Assembly (NCBI GenBank): GCA_036169735.1
Contig: JAVHNX010000051.1
Span: forward strand, 8,569 to 72,568
DNA length: 64,000 nucleotides
Reading direction: 5' to 3'
Source of the DNA: Minisyncoccota bacterium
Lineage (GTDB): Bacteria; Patescibacteriota; Minisyncoccia; Phycocordibacterales; UBA9973
The notes beneath the pieces were generated by a model. The model did not search any database. It saw only the letters and a program-made list of their open reading frames with translations, and had not been told where the DNA came from. Both the position numbers and the translations under genes were made by a program. Below, one piece after another: positions 37,767 to 48,742 of this stretch (position 1 is its first letter; each line of letters begins with the position of its first letter).

Positions 37767-39608
37767 TTAATGCGGTGCTTCTGCCTCTGTTTGCAAGTCT
37801 TCTTTTGCTTTTTTGATAGATAGAATTTGGGATGGATCGGAAGTGATTATTTGGTCTTCGGTATAAGAAGCGATTATTTTAATCGCCACGTGTTTTAGTC
37901 CCGCAAAGAAGATACCCTCCCCCACTCCAGATTCTAAAAGAAGATATTTTTCTTCGTCTGTTAGGTTGAATGTTTTTTGTAGGATATCAATTGTTGTTGG
38001 AGATTGTTTTAGAAGAAGTTGAATAGATGAGTTGGAAACAATAGGAACACCATAAGGTGATTTCATAAAGTCAGCTGCGTCTTGAGTGATAGTAGAAAGT
38101 CCAAGATAGTATTTTCTGCCTCTTTTTGCAATAGAATATAAGAATGAAGCAGTATCTTCTGATTTCATCATCCACCATGCCTCATCAACGACAAGTAAAC
38201 GCTTTTTTAAATTTTTACGAATAGCATTCCAGATATAATGCATAACGATGTACATTGCAATCGGTTTTAGTTCATCTTCCATATCACGCACAGAGAAAAC
38301 CACAAATTTTTTATTTATGTCCACATTTGATGGTCTGTTCAAGAACGTTGCCCAAGAACCTCGAGTGTATTTGATAAGTCTTTGCACTACTGAGTCACTA
38401 CCTTCCATTCCTGAAAGAACCATTTCAAAATCGGAAAGAAGCGGTGGTTCGATATTTGAGAAATCTGATTCTGGGGTAATATCTTTTATTGCATAAGTCT
38501 CAGAAATAGCACGGTCAACCATAGAATCTTCTTCTGGAGTAAGACCACCGAGCATTAGACGGAAAAGACCGACAAGATTAATCGTGTTTGAACGTAATAC
38601 ATCCTCTGCTGTCTCGTCTTCACGAGGCATCGGCAAATCAAAAGGATTGATGTGGTGATCAGAAGAAAGAGAAATATTAAAATATCTTCCACCAACAGCT
38701 TCAGCCAAGAATTCATATTCTCGTTCTGGGTCGATAACAATAACATCTACATCAAACATCAATGATCTTAAAATTTCGAGCTTGATGGCATAAGATTTTC
38801 CTGAACCAGATTTTGCGAAGGTTACTGAGTTGTAATTTTCCAATGAAAATCGGTCGAAAATAACTAGACTGGAATTGTGTCGGTTGATACCATAAAGTAT
38901 TCCCTTATCTGAAGTTAAGTCGAAAGAAACGAATGGAAAAATACTAGAAAGTGGTTCCGAATTAAGCTTTTGGTGAATATTTAATAGGTCGTTCCCTATT
39001 GGGATGACACTCTTGAATCCTTCTTCTTGTTGGAATAGTGCTGGTTTAATATAAATAAGTTTTGATTCTAGAATTGATTTTATTTCATTCTCAACTTTGT
39101 AAAGTTCTAGTTCATTGTCGGCGTAAACTGTGATATACACACCTACATCAAACATCTTTTCTTGTGCTTGCATTAAATTATCTCGAAGACTTTCAAGATC
39201 TTGAAACGCAATATCCAACATCGGATCGCGTACCATTCCTTTGGATTCTCGAGTAGAAATCTGACTTTGTACTTCCGCTACTTTTTTCTGAAATTCACGG
39301 AGTGCGATTGAAGTGTCTATTGGGTGGATAAAAATAGAAACATCAAAGATCTTATCCAAGTTAATAATAGGAGAAAACCAATTGTCTGTCAGGAATCTTG
39401 GGTAAGATATGATAAAAAATGTTCGCGCGATTTTGTCTCCCAGGTTTATTGATTTTGGTTCTATTTTTAGGGCTGACGGTGCGATAACATCTTGGAGTTC
39501 GAGTGTTGCTGATTCGTATATTTCTTCAGGTAGTACGGATAAAATAGAAGCACTAGCATTGCTTCCTTGATTTTTCTTTTTTCCAAATAATGAATCAAAA
39601 ATACCCAT
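37767..39608 (-). CDS. virB4: Type IV secretion system ATPase VirB4/TraC/TrbE family
   Basis: N-terminal VirB4-type region (...LGDKIARTFFIISYPRFL...), Walker A FAKSGSGKSY, and Walker B/D-E box LLVVDEAWWMM. 613 aa. Confidence 0.8.
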   Translation of the reverse strand: MGIFDSLFGKKKNQGSNASASILSVLPEEIYESATLELQDVIAPSALKIEPKSINLGDKIARTFFIISYPRFLTDNWFSPIINLDKIFDVSIFIHPIDTSIALREFQKKVAEVQSQISTRESKGMVRDPMLDIAFQDLESLRDNLMQAQEKMFDVGVYITVYADNELELYKVENEIKSILESKLIYIKPALFQQEEGFKSVIPIGNDLLNIHQKLNSEPLSSIFPFVSFDLTSDKGILYGINRHNSSLVIFDRFSLENYNSVTFAKSGSGKSYAIKLEILRSLMFDVDVIVIDPEREYEFLAEAVGGRYFNISLSSDHHINPFDLPMPREDETAEDVLRSNTINLVGLFRLMLGGLTPEEDSMVDRAISETYAIKDITPESDFSNIEPPLLSDFEMVLSGMEGSDSVVQRLIKYTRGSWATFLNRPSNVDINKKFVVFSVRDMEDELKPIAMYIVMHYIWNAIRKNLKKRLLVVDEAWWMMKSEDTASFLYSIAKRGRKYYLGLSTITQDAADFMKSPYGVPIVSNSSIQLLLKQSPTTIDILQKTFNLTDEEKYLLLESGVGEGIFFAGLKHVAIKIIASYTEDQIITSDPSQILSIKKAKEDLQTEAEAPH

Positions 39609-39664
39609 ATTTATTAGTATATTATAACTTAAAAACTTAAAAGCTGAAAGCCAAAAAATTCTTA

Positions 39665-40309
39665 CTACTTTGTTTCTAGTTCTATTTTACCTTCAATTTC
39701 TCCTGGGTTGAATACTTTGTAGAATACTTCTACTACTTCTTCTGTTCCTAGTTGAGCAGATTTTACACCACAACGAGCAAGACCTTGCTGAATAACACTC
39801 ACTCTTTGTTCGAGCTGAGACCTCTTTTCTTCAAAATCGATTTGTTCTGCGGCTCTTGCTTCTTCTTTGTTTTTTCTTGAAAAAATACCTGAAAAAAATC
39901 CCGCATCAGCTTTAAAAGCTGTCGCAGTATAAGGCACAACAACAAAAAAGCTTTTAGTCATTATACTCACAGTCTCTGTAAAATTTTTAATGAATTCAAT
40001 ATATTCTCTTGTTTGTAGTTTTAACAATGGTTCATTTTGAACTTTCATTCTGTTTTCTAAAAGTAAAAGGTAAGGCCTAATATCAAGTTTTCTTGATTGG
40101 ATTGATATTTGAACAGAAAAGTCTATGGTATTCAAGAAGTTTTGAAACTGAAGAATCGTCGCTCTTTGTTCGTCAAATGATTTCAAAGACAGGTTCGTGG
40201 AATTAGCCAGAACAATAGCTCGAAGTCCCCCGTCTTTTAGAACGATCATACCATCTCGGACTTCTTTGATGGGGACAAACTCTTGAGTTGCTTTTGCTGA
40301 TAATGCCAT
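39665..40309 (-). CDS. Hypothetical T4SS-associated protein (weak resemblance to VirB4 N-terminal domain pattern)
   Basis: Lies between the PrgI-like and VirB4 genes. FVPIKEVRDGMIVLKDGGLRAIVLANSTNLSLKS... loosely mirrors the VirB4 N-terminus. Low confidence. Confidence 0.35.
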   Translation of the reverse strand: MALSAKATQEFVPIKEVRDGMIVLKDGGLRAIVLANSTNLSLKSFDEQRATILQFQNFLNTIDFSVQISIQSRKLDIRPYLLLLENRMKVQNEPLLKLQTREYIEFIKNFTETVSIMTKSFFVVVPYTATAFKADAGFFSGIFSRKNKEEARAAEQIDFEEKRSQLEQRVSVIQQGLARCGVKSAQLGTEEVVEVFYKVFNPGEIEGKIELETK

Positions 40310-40341
40310 ATACTAATTATAAATTAAAATTAAAAATTGTC

Positions 40342-40791
40342 TTATTTTTCTTCTTTTTTTGTATCTAAAACATCCAGACTCCAAGCTAAATCTTTTAATT
40401 TACTCCCACCCAATCTTGGTTCAGTTATACCAGGATAATTTGTTCCTTGTTTCAACATTTGTGTTTTTGTTTCTGCGGCCATTCTTTCTTGTGCTTTAGT
40501 TTCTGTACTTTTTCTTCTTCTTTTCCAAATATAAAGTTTGTCTTGGAAAGCATATTTGAAACCGGCTTCTAGCATATATATAAAAGGTTTATTGTTTGGT
40601 CGGTAGAATGTGAGCATACCGGCAAACCCTCCTACTAAAATTATCGGGATTATACCCCAAAGAAGTCCGATTAGTTTATAAATAACAAAACACAAACCTC
40701 CCCCACCCACAAGGTAAACGAATTCCCTAAAAGTGAATGGTCCAAAGATTTTGTCCTCTATATCTAAAAATTGTGGGACTTTGAATTGCAT
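40342..40791 (-). CDS. PrgI/TcpE-family small membrane protein (VirB3-like)
   Basis: MQFKVPQFLDIEDKIFGPFTFREFVYLVGGGGL... followed by two TM helices. This is the signature start of PrgI-family conjugation proteins. Located immediately upstream of VirB4 as in Gram-positive T4SSs. Confidence 0.6.
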   Translation of the reverse strand: MQFKVPQFLDIEDKIFGPFTFREFVYLVGGGGLCFVIYKLIGLLWGIIPIILVGGFAGMLTFYRPNNKPFIYMLEAGFKYAFQDKLYIWKRRRKSTETKAQERMAAETKTQMLKQGTNYPGITEPRLGGSKLKDLAWSLDVLDTKKEEK

Positions 40792-40803
40792 ATTGATTAG
40801 TTT

Positions 40804-41553
40804 TTATTCTGCGGCCTCTCTATAAGGGTCTACTTTGATTGTTCTTGGAGTTGTGGGTAATTGTGAAGTTGGTATTGATGGTAATGGTGCAGGAGTAGGT
40901 GTCGTAGGTAATCCTGTTTTAGAAATATTTTGCAGAGAATATTCTGTTGTTTTGCTTGGTATTTGGAAAGAACCAGATAGTTTCGATAGAATCACAGCAG
41001 GTACTACTTCTTTTTGGACCTCAGTTAGATTTGGGATTTTAGTTGGAGTGTTTGCAAAATTTGGTTTTTCTAGTTTGGCTAGGATGTCTTCTATTTTTTC
41101 AGCTGGTTTCTCAATGTTGTATCGTATTTCTTCTTTTGGTTCTACAGTTTTTATTTCAGCTGGTTTTGATATTGGCATACTTTCTATTTTTTTTGTTTCT
41201 ACTTCAGTTTCAATCACAGGCTGTTCACCGAGTGGTGTATTCATCAATTTTAGTAACTCACGAATAGCCAAAAATACTTTTTCATTTATTTCTCCAACGA
41301 TAGCTGCACCTTTTACAGGGTCTATTTTAAGTTCGCTAATGAGTTCTGTTTCAAAGTTTTTTGTTTGAGTCAGACCCATCATCACAAGGGTTGTTTCTTG
41401 TTCAAGAATACCCATTTGTTCAACAGTTAACTGGTACCTTTTTCCAATTTCAAATAGAGTTTCTTGATAGTTGGAAGAAAGGATAACCTCTTGAATAGTT
41501 TTAGGTAAAGAATCAAACTTTTCTTTTATTATTTTTTGTGTGTTGTCGTCCAT
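40804..41553 (-). CDS. Hypothetical protein with Pro/Thr-rich C-terminus (T4SS-like operon)
   Basis: 249-aa ORF. C-terminus GLPTTPTPAPLPSIPTSQLPTTP. Confidence 0.45.
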   Translation of the reverse strand: MDDNTQKIIKEKFDSLPKTIQEVILSSNYQETLFEIGKRYQLTVEQMGILEQETTLVMMGLTQTKNFETELISELKIDPVKGAAIVGEINEKVFLAIRELLKLMNTPLGEQPVIETEVETKKIESMPISKPAEIKTVEPKEEIRYNIEKPAEKIEDILAKLEKPNFANTPTKIPNLTEVQKEVVPAVILSKLSGSFQIPSKTTEYSLQNISKTGLPTTPTPAPLPSIPTSQLPTTPRTIKVDPYREAAE

Positions 41554-41587
41554 GTTTTTATTTTATTATTAATAATCGACTTTAATT

Positions 41588-44461
41588 TTAATGTGCGTGT
41601 CCTCCTCCACCTCCCGCTGGTGCTGCGTGTGTATCTGCAGTGTGTGTGGCAGCATGTGAATCATTTACTTTTACATCTACTTCCACATGTTTTGTAAGAT
41701 CTTCTACTTTATGTTTATCTTCTTTACTCATCTTCTTCAGTGCATCTAGAAGAGATTTATCTTTACTAATTCCTTTTCGTACAGCTGCTACAACTTCAGG
41801 ATTTGTTTTGTGAATTTCACTGAGTGAATAACCTCCGATTTCCACATGAGAAACAGCTTTCTTTAGAGCACTCAAGAATCCTCCACCCACAACTGCACCA
41901 ACGATTAATGGAGCTGCCATTCCTCCTGATCCGACTATTGCTGCACCAGCTAATGTCTTATTGGTTTTTGTATCCATTTTCTTCATACTGTCATTCCAAT
42001 CAGCCCAAAAGCCTTTTATTGCAGATTTATCATGATCCTTTTTTGCTTGATCTTCCAAACTAACGGCATACGATTCTCTTCGTTCTGCATTTATTTTCTT
42101 AGAATCTTTTTCTTCCACTGCCCCCTTAATGTCTTTGGCTTTTGCTCCTTCTTCATTTCCTTCTGTTAGACCATAACTACCAAGGTCTTTCCCTTCTTCA
42201 TGATAATCTTTTTTAAATTTCTTTTTGAACCCTTCTTCATCAAATGACACAAGAGGTGGAGGAGGTGGAGTTCCTGCTTCATATTCTTCTTTAAACTTCT
42301 TTTCATCAAAAGCCTGTTTAACTTCAAAAGGCTTTGTTGGTTTAGCTGCTTCGGCTGCTTTTGCTGCAGTCATTTGTTTAGTATATTCATTTTTCCATTT
42401 CTCATTGTCTCCTGCGAGTGCTGCAGTTGCTGTAGTCTTGGCATTTTCTACTGCTTGTTTTTCATCACCTGTATAAGCAGCTTTTTGGTCACTAGCTTTT
42501 TTATCTTGTTTTTGTGCAGCAGCTCCGGAGATTTCATAAGTTGCCATTGTCTTTTGCGCTTCTTCTTTTTCGTGTTCAAGCTGAGCCTTCATACCACCCT
42601 TGAGGTTTGCAGTACCGACTCCCATTGTGCCAGTTCCCTTATCAAGATTTAAACCAGTTGCTCCACCGAATTGTTTTCCTATATCAGTCTGTCGGAAATC
42701 AAAACTCTTACTTGCTGTCTTGTTTGCTGCAGCTAGTTTCTTTTGTGCGTCGGCTTGTGCTTTTTTCTGACCAGCAATATCGTCTTCTTTTATTCCTGCT
42801 CGGGCAAATGCTGCTTTGTCTCCAGATGCCATTGATTTTAGATTGTCGTCATTGGCAACTCCTAAAGCTTTCTTACCTACAGTGTTACGCATAGCCATCG
42901 CTGCTCCTCCTGTCGCCACACCTAATGCAAGTCCTGTAACAGCTGATCCTGCTTTAGTTATCGCCTCTCCAATATCACCTGAGTATTCTACTGCGAGTTT
43001 CTTTGCCTTTTGTAGAAGAAGGAAAATAATTAGGAAAGGAACAACAACTCTCATCATTTTGTCTAATACACCATCATTGGTTGCAACATTATAAGCAATA
43101 AGATTAAATGACTTACCAAGTAAAAGTATTACATAAAGGAAAAAAATAAAAAGTGGTGCCATGAAAGCTTGTTTCAAAAGATCATCCCACCATTTTTTGT
43201 GTCCTACACCAGGAATATCAAACGGTAATGTGTAAGAGGCGAAGGCTATCGGTGCCATAATCATTGCGACCCAAAGCCCTGCGACTCGTCCGACAAACAA
43301 AAGAGCCACTGACATAAAAATATATATCATGTATACCATCAGTATGATTGATATCAGGATTATTATAAGTGTCATTCCAGGTTGACTTGCTTTGTCTGCT
43401 ATTACGGTTTGTGGGTCAAAAGTATTAACCAAGAGCACTGTGATGGATTTTTGCCCAGCTCCACCAGCTGGTAATATCTCTCCGTTGGCTCCTTTGGAAT
43501 CGATATGATTATAAAAAACTTTTGCCAGGATATTTGATCCATCGATTATTACTTGAGTAAAAAACATACTGAAATTTATTAGAAGAGCGACGATGACTAT
43601 CGTTGCTATCATTTTCTTTCCCCCATGCCCTCCTAACCCTAAAATAGTTTGTATTGCGACATAGAGCAAAGCAATAATAAAAAATATATTAGCAATATCT
43701 CGTACTGTCGCCCAAGCTGAACCGATAAAACTTCCAGAATAAGAAGTACTAAGAGTCGAGTAGTAAATAAAGAAATCAAGAATTGAAGCAGCGAATTTTG
43801 TTACCCAAGAAATAGGTGTCCAAATTAAATAATAAATTGCTCCAACAATACACTGCTTAAACCAAGTGAACATGCTTAAGCCACAGCCAAAACTATCGTC
43901 TATTGTTGCACCAGTACTTCCTCCGGAGTTTACTGGGTTGTTATCTACTGAAGTTGGTGTTGTTGTACTGGCTGTATGAAATGTTGTATTTAGTATTTCT
44001 AAACCACCTTTGTATTTTATTTTTAACCAATACTGTGTATCTGGTAATAGATCAACATCATTACTATTACTAAAATTCTTACCAAAAAATAAAACAACAT
44101 CTCGCATAGTACCTCCCTGGACACCTGCTTCTGCTGAAGTGATCATTTGTGTAGGGTCATTTTGAGTTCCATTTAAATACAACTCACCTAATATTGTTTT
44201 AGTATTCTCTGTATCAAGATTGTTGAAAGCCGAAAGATGAACTTTGGCCATATTTAAATTTTTTTCTATTACACCTAAAATAAAACATGGTGTTGCTGAG
44301 CCTATATCACATGCAGCTGGTGTCTGTGCTAAAGCTGTATTTACTTTTGGAACGATAGCTAAATTACCTTCATTATTTTTTTGAAAACTAGCACTGACAG
44401 GCGCTAGAAAAATAGCGACCATCACTGCTGATAAAATAATTTTTGTGAAAATATTCTTCAT
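41588..44461 (-). CDS. VirB6/TrbL-like polytopic membrane protein with large N-terminal extracytoplasmic and C-terminal K/A/E-rich domains
   Basis: Signal peptide, about 190-aa exported domain, at least 6 TM helices (e.g. IIALLYVAIQTILGL, IATIVIVALLINFSMFFTQVII, LIIILISIILMVYMIYIFMSVALLFVG), then a long hydrophilic tail. This architecture matches T4SS VirB6-type proteins. Confidence 0.5.
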   Translation of the reverse strand: MKNIFTKIILSAVMVAIFLAPVSASFQKNNEGNLAIVPKVNTALAQTPAACDIGSATPCFILGVIEKNLNMAKVHLSAFNNLDTENTKTILGELYLNGTQNDPTQMITSAEAGVQGGTMRDVVLFFGKNFSNSNDVDLLPDTQYWLKIKYKGGLEILNTTFHTASTTTPTSVDNNPVNSGGSTGATIDDSFGCGLSMFTWFKQCIVGAIYYLIWTPISWVTKFAASILDFFIYYSTLSTSYSGSFIGSAWATVRDIANIFFIIALLYVAIQTILGLGGHGGKKMIATIVIVALLINFSMFFTQVIIDGSNILAKVFYNHIDSKGANGEILPAGGAGQKSITVLLVNTFDPQTVIADKASQPGMTLIIILISIILMVYMIYIFMSVALLFVGRVAGLWVAMIMAPIAFASYTLPFDIPGVGHKKWWDDLLKQAFMAPLFIFFLYVILLLGKSFNLIAYNVATNDGVLDKMMRVVVPFLIIFLLLQKAKKLAVEYSGDIGEAITKAGSAVTGLALGVATGGAAMAMRNTVGKKALGVANDDNLKSMASGDKAAFARAGIKEDDIAGQKKAQADAQKKLAAANKTASKSFDFRQTDIGKQFGGATGLNLDKGTGTMGVGTANLKGGMKAQLEHEKEEAQKTMATYEISGAAAQKQDKKASDQKAAYTGDEKQAVENAKTTATAALAGDNEKWKNEYTKQMTAAKAAEAAKPTKPFEVKQAFDEKKFKEEYEAGTPPPPPLVSFDEEGFKKKFKKDYHEEGKDLGSYGLTEGNEEGAKAKDIKGAVEEKDSKKINAERRESYAVSLEDQAKKDHDKSAIKGFWADWNDSMKKMDTKTNKTLAGAAIVGSGGMAAPLIVGAVVGGGFLSALKKAVSHVEIGGYSLSEIHKTNPEVVAAVRKGISKDKSLLDALKKMSKEDKHKVEDLTKHVEVDVKVNDSHAATHTADTHAAPAGGGGGHAH

Positions 44462-44517
44462 TAGATGTTATAAATAATTATAACATTGTTTTTAACAAAA
44501 AGCCTTTAATAACTTTT

Positions 44518-46185
44518 TTATTTTTTGAAATAATACTCATACCCACTGGTGTTTTTCAAGCCAGAAGTTAAATTTTGGATATTTATGATTCTTGAGTTGT
44601 AATATTCATAAACGGTAATCTTATTGGCAACAACTTTGATTTGATAAGCAGCAATATCGGGTTGACTGACGCGTACTTCTTTACCACTTGCACTGACATA
44701 ACCGAATACTTTTGCGAAAAAGTCCGCGAGTGTCCAAGCAAAAGATGTAAGGTTCTCCCCTTCTTGATAACCGTATAGTTTTGCTAGATTTTTGTCAGCG
44801 ATTATTTGTCGAGCGAAAACTGTCTCGATACCTTCATGATAATGTACAGTGGCGTCTCCTGGTGGAGTTGCGATTGTACCTATTGTTAAAGTTGTTGTCG
44901 TTGTTGTGGTTGTTCCAGTACCAGTTCCAGTGCCTCCACCACCATTTGGATCTACACAATTAGGATAAGTACCTTCCCATCCACTCGGACAAACACCATT
45001 GTTATTATTTGGACCAACACAGTTAGGATAAGTACCAGTCCATCCACTTGGACAAATGTTACCGCCACCACCATTTGGATCTACACAATTAGGATAAGTA
45101 CCTTCCCATCCACTCGGACAGTTGGTGGTATCAATCAAACCATCTCCCCCATCAGTTGCTCTAGTTTTAAAACTTAAAATTCCTCCGTCAAAAGTTTGAA
45201 CACCATCAGCTGTCTCTGCCTTGAATACATAATTATATTTTGTGTTTGGTGTTAATCCAGTTAAAGGGAAAGTCATAGTTCCAAAAGTATTAGCTGCATG
45301 AGTTTCATCGCCTACTCTCGTCCATGGTGACGCAGGATGTGCTTCACCTATTGTATTTACGTTTGATAAAGTTCCATAAGTATAAGAGTTATTTTGTGCA
45401 TTAAGCAATGCAGATAATGCTTGGGAATTCATACCTATTGTTCCTTGATTAACAGTGTTTATTGTGTTGGTGTTGTATTGTGTATTGAGTATAGAGGGTT
45501 CTAGTTGAGAATTCATACTTACTGGGTTCATATTTAAAGGATTAGTATTGTTTTGTGTATTAAGTAACGTTGCTACTTGAGCATTAACACTAGCCGTTGC
45601 TTCGCTGATAGCTGCGTTGGGATTAAAAACAAAACTAGTGTCTTTTTTATACTCGAAATAAGTATTAACAGAATCTACAGATCTGTACGATCCTCTTATA
45701 TCGGTTGATGTTGTGTCTATATTTGATGCATTGATTGTCGTTGCGACAGTTTGGGCACAAGTTGGACATGGATCGGTTGTAAAACTTTTAACTTCTCCGT
45801 ATACAATTGATTTCTTGTTTGAAACAATACTGCAGTAATGATAAGTTGTGCTTGGTTCTAAATCGGTTATATGTTGACTAAAAGATTGTGCTCCACCATA
45901 TTCATTAAAATTTTTAATATCTTTGGTTGATACCATATTATTTCCATAAATTTCATTACAAAAAACAGGAGCTATCTCTGTATCAGAATATCTGAAATAT
46001 GCAGTTGTTGTTAGTCTTGGATTTAAACTTAAATCTGGTGACACTGTTCCGTGAAGTGTAGCTTCTGTGTCAGTGACAATATCCGCACCACCAGTAGTGA
46101 CAGCGAGAGCAGCGAGAGAAATACCCGGCTTGAAAAATACAAGGGATAATATGATTATAAGTAATATTGTTTTTATGTTTTTCAT
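44518..46185 (-). CDS. Secreted protein with three tandem Cys-containing repeats CPSGW(E/T)GTYPNCV(D/G)PN and a poly-Thr tract
   Basis: Signal peptide MKNIKTILLIIILSLVFFKPGISLA. At DNA level there are about 60-bp tandem repeats at about 44935-45125. Confidence 0.55.
   Translation of the reverse strand: MKNIKTILLIIILSLVFFKPGISLAALAVTTGGADIVTDTEATLHGTVSPDLSLNPRLTTTAYFRYSDTEIAPVFCNEIYGNNMVSTKDIKNFNEYGGAQSFSQHITDLEPSTTYHYCSIVSNKKSIVYGEVKSFTTDPCPTCAQTVATTINASNIDTTSTDIRGSYRSVDSVNTYFEYKKDTSFVFNPNAAISEATASVNAQVATLLNTQNNTNPLNMNPVSMNSQLEPSILNTQYNTNTINTVNQGTIGMNSQALSALLNAQNNSYTYGTLSNVNTIGEAHPASPWTRVGDETHAANTFGTMTFPLTGLTPNTKYNYVFKAETADGVQTFDGGILSFKTRATDGGDGLIDTTNCPSGWEGTYPNCVDPNGGGGNICPSGWTGTYPNCVGPNNNNGVCPSGWEGTYPNCVDPNGGGGTGTGTGTTTTTTTTLTIGTIATPPGDATVHYHEGIETVFARQIIADKNLAKLYGYQEGENLTSFAWTLADFFAKVFGYVSASGKEVRVSQPDIAAYQIKVVANKITVYEYYNSRIINIQNLTSGLKNTSGYEYYFKK
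44935..45125. repeat. Three tandem 60-bp coding repeats (copies 1 and 3 nearly identical)
   Basis: CCACCACCATTTGGATCTACACAATTAGGATAAGTACCTTCCCATCCACTCGGACA appears twice and a diverged copy lies between. Confidence 0.7.
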
Positions 46186-46188
46186 ATT

Positions 46189-48663
46189 TTAGTAAATTTT
46201 TATGCCTTTGCTTTCAAATGTTGGTGGGTCCATATAGGCACCACTTCTGCAAGTCATTACACTTATACCTCTACAAAGAAAATTGTCTGGAACGACGTTA
46301 GTATAGGCAGCCGTTACATTGAAAACACCAGTAAGAAATGAAGGTAATGACTGGTTAGTAAATGCCTGTTTGTTTGTTTGCGAATAAGGAAGGTTTGTGT
46401 CAGGAGAGATTGTTGAAAATTGTATACCAGGTATCTCTGGAATAGGGTGATCTGGAATTTCTATATCAACACCCATATTGTAATCATATAAATGAGGTTC
46501 TTGATAAGAAGGCCTTGTTAGAACCCAAAATCTCCAGTCAGTCCTGGCTCTCCATGTGGTCTGTAGTTCTTGCTCACAACCACTTGGCCCCTTTAGGAGA
46601 TTATCCCAAACGTAATTTCTTTCTGCTTTTGCTTGTTCATACAAACCATTAATGTTGGCTATGTCATCCCCGGTTTTTAAGTTCTGTGAGATTCTCGCAA
46701 ATTGTTTTATTACAAAACTGGTCGGGGAAAAATCAGTATAAGTACCATTGTCGATGCCTTTTTTTAATGTTTGAAGTTTTGTAATATTTTCGTTTTGAAA
46801 AATAATTTCTGATTTATTGTCTTCTATCAATTGTTGATAGCCTATAACTTTATTAAATTTTTCAACTGATTCTCTCCAAGTAAATGGCATAAAATTACCG
46901 TCTTTATAATATTTGTCAATTGTTGTTTTGTAGGCATTAAATGTTCCATCTAAAAAGCTAATTCCTGCTTCTTTTGTAATTTTACTAGTATCAGCACCAA
47001 ACCCAAATATCATATTAGTAACCCTTTGAAATGAAATTTGTACAACAGTTGAGATTACATCGTCTGCATACTCAGAAGGTGTATCTGAACGGGTAAGAAA
47101 ATCCTCAACATCTGTAATTTCAGCTAAGATTGAATCTTCGGTTGTCTGAAGGCTTTCTCTTGAATCACTCTCCCATCCTGGATGGGGTCCAGGCATACAA
47201 TAATCTAATTGATAAATTGTTCTATTTAAGGCATCTAATTCCTTGTCATACCATTCTAACTTAGATACATAAGTCCTCTGTTGGTCTACTAGAGCTTGGG
47301 TAACATCAGTATGAATATTGAAATCAGGATTTTCAGAAAGCCAGAATGTATTTCCACTTCCGAGTGGAAAATCTTGTTCTACTTGAGTTTGCCCGTCGAT
47401 TCCACTAGTACCACTATAATCAAATTGATCATTTGGGTTTGATGGAGACATACTAGCCAAACCTTGATTCATAAGCTCTCCTCCCCATTTGCTTATTGCT
47501 GCATCCAATATAGCTGCGATAGCATCATTGAGATCTGTTACAGAAAGAAGTTGATCTTTTTTGTCGTCCATTAATTTCGTAGCAGCTTGCGCTATCATTC
47601 CTCCTGGTGTGACATACTCCCATTTCGCACAGATATTATCCTTATTCCACTTGTCGTAATCAGAAGTGCCTGGTACTAAATTCCGATTACCTTCAGATAC
47701 AAGAGCTTGTTTTTCTGTTTGTCTAGTTATTTCATGATTACTAGCACACTGTTCTTGCCCCAAGAAACCCCCAGCTTCTTTTAATGCATCACGAACATTT
47801 TGCGCAGCTGTTTGTACAGTACCTTCTAGCCTTGCTTGTAGTTCATTTGAGGCTTGTAAATTGAAACCAATTGGATTATTGGCCGGTACTTGTGTTAATG
47901 CACTCCAGGCGTTCCATCCTCCGGCAGAGAAATCTGTAGTAAAGCTAAGGCTTGTGTATTCTGGTGTGGTATCTTGAATAACTTTATTTAAAGAGTATTG
48001 AGCATTTTGTGCAAAATGATTCTTTAGAGATAGAGCTTGATTTTGCATAAATGCTCGTCCAAAAGGATACAGTGTTGTGTTGCTTATTTCTGAGTTGAAT
48101 TTTAATATTTCATTTTTAGCTATATCTTGGAAGTAAGTTTGTCTGTCTTTGGGCCAGAATGATTCTCCAAAGTTTCCGGTGTTGATCCAGTTCACGGTGC
48201 TTTCAGTTAATGTCTTGATTAACATTTTAGCAATCATTTTACCAACGCTGTCTAAACAAAGTTTATTACTTGCAACAGTATCTGTTGTTTTTTTAGTTCC
48301 CGCTGTACTTATTTCTGTTTTAATTGTTGCTTTATCAACAATCTTATTATTTATTGATACTGACAATGCCATATTCCCTGCTGTTTCCCCTGCTGAGGTT
48401 AAGGTACTACCACTACCAACGCTACTAGAAAATAAACCCTTTATTGCATTTATGCCTTTACCTATTCCGTCTTTTAATACTTGTTTACATCCTTGTAACT
48501 TTGGTATCATTGGGGTCGCTAGTTCCATATAGTAACTGAGATCTTGTTGTCCTGAATTAAATTGGGCGTAAGCATTTTGGGCTGTACCGAAATATGGCAC
48601 TAAAATTGCTCCTACTAAAAGAAATGAAATTATAGATTTTTTGAAATATTGTTTATGTTTCAT
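46189..48663 (-). CDS. Large secreted hypothetical protein (824 aa)
   Basis: Signal peptide ...FLLVGAILVPYFGTAQNAYAQ. No family motifs recognised. Confidence 0.5.
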   Translation of the reverse strand: MKHKQYFKKSIISFLLVGAILVPYFGTAQNAYAQFNSGQQDLSYYMELATPMIPKLQGCKQVLKDGIGKGINAIKGLFSSSVGSGSTLTSAGETAGNMALSVSINNKIVDKATIKTEISTAGTKKTTDTVASNKLCLDSVGKMIAKMLIKTLTESTVNWINTGNFGESFWPKDRQTYFQDIAKNEILKFNSEISNTTLYPFGRAFMQNQALSLKNHFAQNAQYSLNKVIQDTTPEYTSLSFTTDFSAGGWNAWSALTQVPANNPIGFNLQASNELQARLEGTVQTAAQNVRDALKEAGGFLGQEQCASNHEITRQTEKQALVSEGNRNLVPGTSDYDKWNKDNICAKWEYVTPGGMIAQAATKLMDDKKDQLLSVTDLNDAIAAILDAAISKWGGELMNQGLASMSPSNPNDQFDYSGTSGIDGQTQVEQDFPLGSGNTFWLSENPDFNIHTDVTQALVDQQRTYVSKLEWYDKELDALNRTIYQLDYCMPGPHPGWESDSRESLQTTEDSILAEITDVEDFLTRSDTPSEYADDVISTVVQISFQRVTNMIFGFGADTSKITKEAGISFLDGTFNAYKTTIDKYYKDGNFMPFTWRESVEKFNKVIGYQQLIEDNKSEIIFQNENITKLQTLKKGIDNGTYTDFSPTSFVIKQFARISQNLKTGDDIANINGLYEQAKAERNYVWDNLLKGPSGCEQELQTTWRARTDWRFWVLTRPSYQEPHLYDYNMGVDIEIPDHPIPEIPGIQFSTISPDTNLPYSQTNKQAFTNQSLPSFLTGVFNVTAAYTNVVPDNFLCRGISVMTCRSGAYMDPPTFESKGIKIY

Positions 48664-48742
48664 TTTTTTTGTTTATGACTTAGCCATAAATTTATTAATT
48701 AGAATCATACTTGGTTCATCTAGCCCGCTTATTATATCACTT

